DNA of 64,000 bases. Source: the human T2T-CHM13v2.0 reference genome, Homo sapiens. The translations under genes and the position numbers were made by a program. Below are positions 54,080-64,000 of the stretch, in pieces. The stretch is from assembly GCF_009914755.1 (NCBI RefSeq), contig NC_060940.1, one strand, 5' to 3'. A model generated the notes under the pieces. It did no database searches and was not told where the DNA came from. It saw only the letters and a program-made list of their open reading frames with translations. The stretch's first letter is position 1; each line of letters begins with the position of its first letter.

Positions 54080-56039
54080 GAAGACTCAGTTTTCTGTCTT
54101 ATTCTGTCTAGTGTTGCTATAAAGGAATACCTGAGGCTTAGTAGTTTATAAGGAAAAGAGGTTTCTTTGGCTCACAATTCTAATGGCTGTAAAGTTCAAA
54201 ACTGGACATCTGTGTATGCTGAGGCTGCATCCATTCATGGTGGAAGGTGAAGGGGAGCTGGCTATGCAGAGATCACATGGCAAGAGAGGAAGCAAGAGAG
54301 GGAAGGATCACCAAGTTCCATTTAATAACCAGTATTTGTGGGAACTAATAGAGTGAGAACTCATTCAACCTAAGGGAGGGTATTAATCTATTCATGAGAG
54401 ATCTGCTTATAAATATGCTCTGCTTCCCTCCATGACCCAAATGCCTCCCATTACACCCCACCTCTAACACTAGGCATAAAATTGCAACATTTGAGGTTTG
54501 GAGGGAACAAATATCCAAACCATAATACTTCCCAAGGGCTGATACCAAGGGTGAACTACAAGGCAAACTGGTTTAATTTGATGTCAGAATCTTCTCTGAC
54601 TTCTGACCTGCCCTCTCTAGTAATAAATCTGCTTCTTTCAGAAATGCCACATTTAAGGGAACTCTGAAGCAAGCCTCCCTCCTTTTCATCTTTCTTTCCC
54701 TCTCCTGCTCAGCTCCACTTCTCTTCCTCCATTATTATCACAGGTAGTGTAATTTTTAAAATCAGCAGTGACTTCTGAAAGCCATCTCACCTCCACTCAC
54801 CAATTCTCTCGGGCTGCAGCATTGCCTTGAGCTAATGTGGCTTCATTTCTAATGTTTGCTATCAGTACGGCATGCAGGCACACAATTAAATCTAAAAACA
54901 CAGTTGATTAGAATTCCTGACAGATTGCCTCCTCCAGAAGTAAGAATTTCAGTCCACAAATTAGAGGTGCAGTAAATCGAGCCTTCTGGATGGTTCTATA
55001 GCTGATCCTTATTGGTATCCCAAGCCCCATTTGCTTTGAGTGGTGAAAACACGATCTCAGCTGCTCAGGGAGGACCCCTACTTGTTCCCCGGGTGGGAGG
55101 GGCAAAGGAACCAAGTGCCAGAGGGTGAACTGGTCCCTTATCACTGCCTGCTGCCCACGCTGGCATGCCCCAAGCTACCCTGCTCTCTTGCCTTGGCCAT
55201 CGTCCATCATCCATGCATAGTCCTTGCTGAGATCTGCTCATCCCCACAGCAAAGTCACACTGGGTCCAGTCAACCAGGTATTTCCAAACCCTTCTCTCCA
55301 AATAGCAAACAGTCACATGCTTCTCTGCTGTACCATCCCTCCTCTGGAGCACTAAAACCCACTAACTTGATGGACAGGAAAAGCAATGACATATGGGGAT
55401 CCTTGGCTAATATCTAAAATGATTGCTCCCCTCCAAGTGTTACAAAGGGAAAATGGAAAATGGTTGAGAGTCAGTCAAGCCATCTGATAAGGAAGACCCC
55501 TATCACTTGGGAAGTGTCTGTAACACAGGTATGACAATTTTGGACACAGCTGCTGCTCCTGAAAGGAACATGATAGGGTGAATCAGTAGAGAAGATATTA
55601 CCTGTGGACATTAGCACCAGGGAGGGAGCTTCATCTGGACTCAGGGCCAGCAGTGGCTTTCTTCATCCCAAAATTCTACAGAAACATAAAGCATACCTAT
55701 GAGGAGGAGTAAATAATTCCACAGAGGGAATTAAGCAGCAAGACTTTTTTTTCTCACCTAAGGCTGTAGTTGCATGTGTGATTATGTGTCACCCAGGTAA
55801 CAGTTGAGTCCACCATGCAGTTGAGTCCACCATGTACCTGCCCATCCCCACTCCTGGATTGCAATTTGCTTTTGGAATTAATTATTTGTTTGTCAATACC
55901 TACAAATTATGGCAGACCTTGTGCAAACCTCAGAGGCAGCTAGGGCTTCTTGGGCTCCTGTAAATCTATAGCCTGACCTGGAAACTTGAAGGCAGTTCAT
56001 GCCACCAGGCAGCTCTGTCATTCTTGGCCATCTTACAAA

Positions 56040-56690
56040 ATGCAAGCAGCTTGGAGCATTTATTCTCTGGAACTTTCTCATCCCCACAGTATCCTGAGCT
56101 TCTTCCTCATCAACTCTTCCAAATTCAAGCAAAAAAAGAAGTCCATGGCATCTGGTCGTATCTCCCTCCAGCCTCATCACTGACATCCAAAACCTCCTCG
56201 ACACTCCCCAGCAGCTTGGGTAATTTCAGTGTCTATGGAGAGGACCTGTCCAACAAGAGGCTCCCTGTTCTTTGATGCTGCAACTTTCCCCATTTCAACC
56301 AAAGCCAAGCCTAGAACTTCTTGGCATCTCTTATAAGTGTTCCATGCCATAAATGCTCAATTCCCCAGCTGCAATATCTTACCCTCCCCACTGCTGCCTC
56401 GTGCGTCAATGACATTGAAGCCTTTAGGGTCTTGTCCTTCTCTTTTTCTCAGACTGTGAACTGCTAAGCTTCACATTCTTCCCTAACCAGCCTAGACCCC
56501 ACAACTCCCCATTTCAACTACTTGCTCGCTACCCACACTCTCAATCCCCTTGTCCCTCTGTCACCAACTGCCTAAACCCAGAATTTGTTCAGGCTGCTAA
56601 ACACCTCTGCAGAAACTCCTATGGCCAATCAGTTCACTGTCACTACAAATACATGATCTCCAGCATCAGCCTCACTCTTGAGCCTATCTA
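56040..56690 (+). mobile_element. L2 internal fragment
   Basis: C/T-rich L2-like sequence (cttgggtaatttcagtgtctatg, actctcaatccccttgtccctct). Confidence 0.5.
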
Positions 56691-57784
56691 TCTAGGGATC
56701 ATTTAAAGAAGGAAATCAAGCATAAGTATGTTTTGGTTTACTTGTCAAGCTCAATTAAACCTTTTAGCTTCCCTGAAATTTTGATGCTTGTACTTAGGAG
56801 AACCTGAGGCAAAGGTAAGATCAACCTTTGACTCTGACCGAAGTAGTAGTAAGGTCCTTTCTTTAACAGATTCTGCAGGTTACAGCACTGCAGCCATTGT
56901 TCCATTTAAGAGACCACCATCCTTGCCCCAGGGACAGTTTCAGAGGCTTCTGAAATCAATTCCTGACTATGCTGCAGTGGAGATTGCATTGGAGATTGGT
57001 GATAGCATTTCTCACAGACCCCCTCATTGATCACTGTGTCCTTGCACTGTGACCTATGGAAGCAAAGGGTTGTTCATGCATGGAGAAATCAGCATTCAGG
57101 GCAGGAGCAGCCCACATGTCCAGAGGTGTTCTAATCTCTACAGTGAGGAGGGGCTAGTCTCTTTGACAACAGATCTCCCTATCTTTAGAAGCTAAGAGCA
57201 AATCAACATCTTTGCTCATGAACAAAATTTACTAGCCTGATCCATGGAAGTGGTGCATGAGGCACTCATAAAGAGTCAGCCTTTTCCTAGTAGGATGAGC
57301 ACGTATAACCCTTTTTATGAAATGCATACAGCTCATTGCATTATAATTCCTTAAACAATGAGACAGCTGTGCTATCTAGATCTAATTTAGCTCTAGCTGT
57401 CAGGGCATGAATTAATCCAGCCCTTGGCCCACATGGCTGCCTTGATAAATGCCTGAACTATGGCCTCACCTTGGTGGCCTGTGTGGCCTGAGTGATGGGG
57501 CTCACTTGGCTTGTCTGCTTCTAGAACTCACACTGTGATGTGGTCACTCACCCATCTCCCTGTCAGCAAATCCCAGGCACAGGAAATGGGAAATGAATAG
57601 CATGGGAGAGCTCAATCTGGTGCAGTTAATGGGAATTATACTAATTGATAACCCAGACCAGAGTTCCAGCCATACTCCTATTTTCCATTTGGAACTAAAT
57701 GAGATAACAAAATATAAAGGATTTAAAACAGGGCCTGGGACATAGCAAATTCTCAGCAATTGCTAGTTGGGCAATAAAATTAGA

Positions 57785-58010
57785 CAGTGTAGTGTGGTGG
57801 CTCAAAGCATGGACTCTGGAGCTAGATTCTTTTGCTTAAAATCCAGCTCTATGGCTTGTAAACTGTATGATTTTGGTCTAGTTACTTAGTGTCTTGTGGC
57901 TCAGTTTCTCTTCCTTGAAATGGGAATAATAATAGTTACCAACCCATTAGCTTGTTGTGGACAGCACTTAGCACATAGAAAGCACTTGATAAGTGATAGC
58001 TACTTTTATT
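57785..58010 (+). mobile_element. MIR SINE
   Basis: gcatggactctggagctaga...gttacttag...ctcagtttc. Confidence 0.75.
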
Positions 58011-58186
58011 AACTAACTGATAGAAATGAAGGGCCTTTTGGAGACTGTCTCATTGTCTTCCATTTTTTTTTCCCTATTATTTTATCCCCGCCCACCTTGC
58101 AATACCCCAACCCAGCATCAACGTACCCTCTGCTGTCTCTGCTGGGGCACTGGGGAAACATTTTCATACCTCTTTAGCTTGGCCTC

Positions 58187-58733
58187 TGTGATGGATTAGA
58201 AATGAATACAAATTCTTTGAAACATCTCCCTTTGGAAGGTAGAGCTTAATGCCCTGGCCTATAAATCTGGAATGATCTTAATGACTTGCTTAGCCAATAG
58301 AATGTGGCAAAAGTGATGTTATGAGACTTTCAGGACTAGGTCAAAAGCAGCCTTTCAGCTTCCGCTTGGATCTTGCAGAAGGCTTGCTCTTGGGATGGAC
58401 TTTCTCAGAAACCAGCCTCTAGGCTGCGAGAAGCCCAAGCCACATGAAGAAGCCATGCACAGGCAGCCACAGAACCAGAGCCAAATTCCCAAGTGTCACT
58501 CAGCATCAACTGCCAGACATACAAGTGAGCCATTTTTTATATCTGGCCCAGTTGAGCCTTCACATGACAGCAACCCAGCTGCCACCTACCTACAACTGCA
58601 CAAGAGACCCTAAGTAAAAACCACCTGGCTGAGCCAAATCAACCCACAGAAACTTGACAGATCATACTAAATAGATGTATCAGCCATTATGTTTTTGGAT
58701 GGTTCATTACAGCAGAAATAAATAACCAGAACA
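58187..58733 (+). mobile_element. MLT1(G/H)-type MaLR LTR
   Basis: gacttgcttagccaatagaatgtggcaaaagtgatg...gctgagccaaatcaacccacagaa...aataaccagaaca. Confidence 0.75.
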
Positions 58734-59664
58734 GTGTCCAACCTGAAAGAGGTTTTCAGTACCCCTGGATGTCCTCCCGCCTGTCTTTGCACCATTCCTT
58801 CCTCCTCATCTGAAACTTCACCCCTCGCCACCTGCCCCTCCCTTTGCAGCAGTGCATGTCATGGTACAGATTAGAGTTTAGCCTGCAGAAAAGGCAGGGA
58901 GAGGAGGATTGCTTAGAATGCCCATGGGGCATTAAGGGTTGCAAATCTCTCAGAAATCCAACAGCAGGAATCACTCCAGCCAAGTGGATGAGGCTGGGAA
59001 ATGGCAGGTGAACAGAATTCAAGGAAGTTCCAAGTATTTCTCTTCCCCTGCTGTCATCCACCATACATTCCAAAAATACTTGCCAAGTGCCCATTCAGGT
59101 TTGCTCTCAACTCAACCCTCCAATATGTGCCTCTCTTGGCTCTTCACATCTTCTCATGCTTCCCACCAGTGTCCACATCATCTACACTTTATCTTTAGTT
59201 TACATTATAAATCCTGTTGCTCCACAACTGCCCCTTGTTCATGACACACACTTTCTCCCTTGCAGGGGCCCTATTCAATGTGATGACCTCTCAAAATGCA
59301 ATTTGGCCACTTCAGCTTCAGCTTAATGTCCCAGGCCAAATTCCTGAAAGCAAGAACTGATGGGCCACCCCTTGGGCCAAGTGTCTATCTCTGGTCCGAT
59401 CAGCATTCAGAAAAACACACGTGGTTGTGGGGTGTTTCCTAATAGGAAGGGCGGACAGAGTGACAAGGCAGGTGCTTGGAAAGCATAATGACTCAGTGAT
59501 TCTTGGCACAACCAACTTCCCATCTCAGGTTTTTTTTGTTTCCTCCTGTGTAGAATGAAATTGTTCCATCAAGTGGGTGGAAGGAGGGATTGCACCTGGT
59601 AGATGTTCCAGAATCTAAAAGTAGTTGAAGCCTGTAAAGTTTGGGAAAGAATACCTGCTTTATT

Positions 59665-59830
59665 TTTCAATCCTCAAGCAACCCTACCCAGTAGCAACTG
59701 GTATTATCTTCATTTTACAGTTGGGGAAACTGAGGTGTGGCAAGATTAAGTGGCACATTCAACTCACACAGCCAGTAAGTGACTCAGCTGGGACCCAGAC
59801 ACAAATCTGCTTGCCATCAAAGCCTGTGTT
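59665..59830 (-). mobile_element. MIR SINE
   Basis: cattttacag..ggggaaactgagg core. Confidence 0.7.
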
Positions 59831-61014
59831 CTTATTCATTCCCTGTACACCCTTTATCTATGCCACAGTCTGTGTGCCCAGGAGGAAAAAAATGATATAA
59901 AATGAAAAGGGTTGAGAAATACTAGAACAGTCTGTAATATTTCTTTCAGCACTCCATCTTCCTCTCTTATGCTGTAATATTTTGTTCTGTTAAGCATTTC
60001 AGGACACCAGCGGCCTGGTAAGTAATAATGAGCTGGATGTAAACCAAAGGCCTCAAGGAGAGATGACTGCTCACAATGACATCTCCCCCCATGGGACAGT
60101 TTCATGATATCACATAACACAAGGGTGGGGAGATGCCTCCATCCCTTTCTATTAATACCATTCAGTGGAAATTTTAAAGAAACAGGACTTCATCAGCTGC
60201 GTGGGTGGAAAACTGGCCAAAGGACTTAGTCTCTGTAACCCTGAGCGCCCTCCAAGGCTGTGCATTCAGAGCATGTCAGGCCAATGAGCACCCCCATTAG
60301 CTGAGCAGCCCCTCTAATTAGCATAGCCCCTGAGGAAGGAGGGCAGAGGCCTGGGTCAATGCAGAGAGGGTCCTGCCCTCCCTGTGGATCATGGTCTGGA
60401 GACCAGGTTTCACAGGGTCTCCAATGTGCATTTGAATGTCTTGCTCTGTGCTGTCACTCCCTGGCTTGAATACAGATTAACCCTGCTGAAAGACAGCAGC
60501 TGCTGCAGGGAGGGGGCTGACTGGAGCCTAATGTCTGCCAGAAGATGGAGAATTCCTCCACCCAGGGGCTCTCAGCTGGGGCTCCCTGAAACTAGAACAC
60601 ACTTAAGATATCAGTAACAGGGGATGGCACCCAAAACGAGGGAGGAGCGCATGCTTATGACACTTAGCATTCAATAATTTCCAGAAAAACTTTGTAGAGG
60701 TCTTTACATTTACCAATTTTGTTCAAGCAGTTTTTGTTTTAATTACACATGGCATAGGTGGTGGAAATCATCATCTTTCATGATAGCTGTGCTCATGTAT
60801 AGCAGTTACTATATCCCAGGCACCATTCTGAAAATTCTTAAAATATTAACTCATTTACTGTGTACATGAATGCTGTAAATTACATAATCCATTTTTGTCA
60901 TTATTTCACAGGTGAGGAAACTAAGACACAGGCAGGTTAAAGAACTTTTCTTTCAGGCTAAACAATTAAATGATGAGGCTTGGATTTAAACCTAAACAAG
61001 GGTGCATTGCGGTT

Positions 61015-61485
61015 TTATCAGTTAGCTTCTGCTATGTAACAAACATCCCAAAACTTAAGGGTTTAAAATGGCATGTTTATTATTCTTAATGATTATGTAA
61101 GTGACATGGTTCTTTTGGTCTGGGTCATCTCAGCTGATCTCTTTGGTCAGCTGGCAGCTCTACCAGGGCTGGATGGTCTAGGACGGCCTCATCCATGTGT
61201 TTGGTGGGTTGGCTTCAGGTTGGCTAGGGTGCTGGGAATGACTTGGCTGTGTGTCCCTCATCACCCAACAGGCTGTCCTGGATTTATTCACATACGGGTG
61301 TCACAGGGTCCTAAGATGAACAAGAGAGGGAAGATTCTCAATAAGCAAGTGCTTTTAGAGCCTCTGCTTGTGTCATATTTGCCAATGGTCCATGGGGCAA
61401 AGCAAGTTACCAGGCCAGCCCTGAGTCAGTGTGGGAGGGGAATACCCAAGGAATAAATAGTGTCTATTTTTACGATCTCCACAAT
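61015..61485 (-). mobile_element. MLT1-type MaLR LTR
   Basis: tatcagttagcttctgctatgtaacaaacatcccaaaactta...caaagcaagttac.aggccagccc. Confidence 0.7.
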
Positions 61486-62205
61486 AGTCTGAAATCTGAA
61501 CCATTCATTTGTCTGCCTCATAGGCTTCTAATAGTCTTAACCCAATTTTGGTTCTCAGCGGAGCCCAGAGCAGGAATAATTGAGAGAAAAATTTCAACTA
61601 TTTTCCGAAAGGGGTCACATACTCCTCACCCATGCCCAAGTCATTCGTGCCTTTCTTCCATTGCCCCCACCTAATTGTCATCCCCGCCACCACCACCACC
61701 ATTGTGCGGAAACAAAATCTGATTAAGTGCTCATGGATGGAAAAGAAAATGGATTGTGATTCAGGGAATTTGAATTTAGTTACTCGAAACTAGCTGTGGG
61801 ACCTCGGGCAGGTCACCTCGATTACTCTGACCCTCAGTGATTTTTACTTTTTCAATGTAATAGCCCCAATTTTTCTATAAACATGAATTCAGTTCCCACT
61901 GTGTACTAGGCATTGCACTGAACAACACAGATACCATTGTGAAAACAGACACAGTCCTTGACTTTATGAAGCATATAGCATAATGGGATAAACAGATGTT
62001 TATCAAATAATCTCCATAATGGCATATAATTACAGACTGAGATAAGTGGTCTGAAGGACAAGAGCCCAATTCTATGAGAAGTTACTACAAAGGAGTCTGG
62101 TGTAGACCATGAGAGAGGAACATGAAGGAAAGTCCCCGTCAAGTGAAGGACAGTTGAGATGAAATTAACTGGGAGGACCAAGGCAGATGACATTGAACCC
62201 AGAGT

Positions 62206-62917
<712 letters not shown>

Positions 62918-63694
62918 TTTTCAGGTTCCCTGAAAAAAGTGACATACAAACTGGAGCTTAAAGGATGAATAAAGCAGGAGGACAGAGGGAAGGAAAGGAA
63001 TTTTAGGCAGAGAATATATGCAAAGACTTGGAGGTGATGAAAAGCAAGGACACACCAAACAAAATTTGCTCAGTCTAGCAGGACTACAGAACCTGGTGAT
63101 GAAATGGAAAGAGATGAAGCCAGAGGGGTGGGAAGGAGTGGGAAGATGGTGTTTAGGTATGTTAAGCAGGGAGACTTTATCCTGAAGGCAAGTGTAAACC
63201 ACTGAAGGCTATTTGGGGCAGACTGGACTCAAAAGACATTGAGGGAAATTTTGAATGCCCTCTACCACCTTAGCCTCCAGAACATTTTCTACCTCAATAC
63301 TGCCCATGAAATAGCCTTGGTTGCAACTTAGGTTGGCATAGCAACTGATGATGTGGTTGTTTTCACCACAGCTTTATTTTTATTATCTCTATATTGTCAA
63401 GCTGGCCCTAAGTGTTTGGACAATCACAGAGCACTGGATGTGGGGAAGAGAGCTAGAAAGCCAGCCTCCCTCTGGCTGAAGAGTGAACAGCAAAAAGAGG
63501 TAATTTCTTTTACAAGACTGAGACCACTAACCAGTCCTCTGTGGCCTGACTAGTGACTACTTGTTTAAGCCAGTCAGGCCAGGCAAAATAACCTCTTCCC
63601 TGCAACTTATGCAATACATAGTGAGAGATATTACACTTGGGGCTTCAGAAAGAACTAATTTCTCTTATTTGAGTGTATGTGGGATATACAGTAT

Positions 63695-63895
63695 ATTTGA
63701 GTGTAGAGTCAGACCACTTGGGTTTAAATCCTGGCTTTATGACTTCAGGTAAATGAATTAATCGCGCTGTGCCTCAGTGTCCCTACCTGAGAAATGGGAC
63801 CTAGTTCAACAGGCTGCCATGAAGATTACACATTAAGTGTTCAGAACACTGTGTGGCACCTTATATGCATTCAAGAAATATTGACTATCATTATT
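63695..63895 (+). mobile_element. MIR SINE
   Basis: agagtcagaccacttgggtttaaatcctggct...ctgtgcctcagt. Confidence 0.7.
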
Positions 63896-64000
63896 AGTGT
63901 TTATTTGAAATATATCTCCTCACAACCTCTATCGTTCAAAAACTTCAAATATTTACATCATTCCCAATAGAGTAGGTATCATGCAGCAAATTAAACACCT

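Overview
This is primate (very probably human) genomic DNA, not a microbial window. Position 4729-5347 (+) is the last coding exon of HS3ST2 (heparan sulfate glucosamine 3-O-sulfotransferase 2; from memory at human 16p12). It is preceded by the end of the long intron and followed by a 3' UTR with AATAAA signals at 5914 and 6096. The remaining ~58 kb is gene-poor and dense in transposon relics: about 25 Alus, L1/L2/MIR fragments, ERV1 solo LTRs, MaLR LTRs including a near-complete two-LTR MST element, and hAT DNA transposon fossils. All other ORFs in the supplied track look like chance or repeat-derived frames. I see no new multi-gene system. The most interesting unexplained structures are fossil rearrangements and regulatory candidates. 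(1) A ~2.1 kb complex event at 16.8-18.95 kb, with ~200 bp direct repeats enclosing an inversion that splits one MER113 and duplicates ~165 bp in inverted orientation. (2) A micro-inversion plus templated-insertion scar inside the MST internal region. (3) An L1 3' transduction. (4) A 13x51 bp G-quadruplex-prone minisatellite with 5-unit higher-order structure. (5) An orphan CpG island ~32 kb downstream of the gene. (6) A perfect 24 bp nuclear-receptor-type palindrome. Repeat subfamily names come from remembered consensus sequences and need RepeatMasker/Dfam confirmation; identities and counts are by eye.
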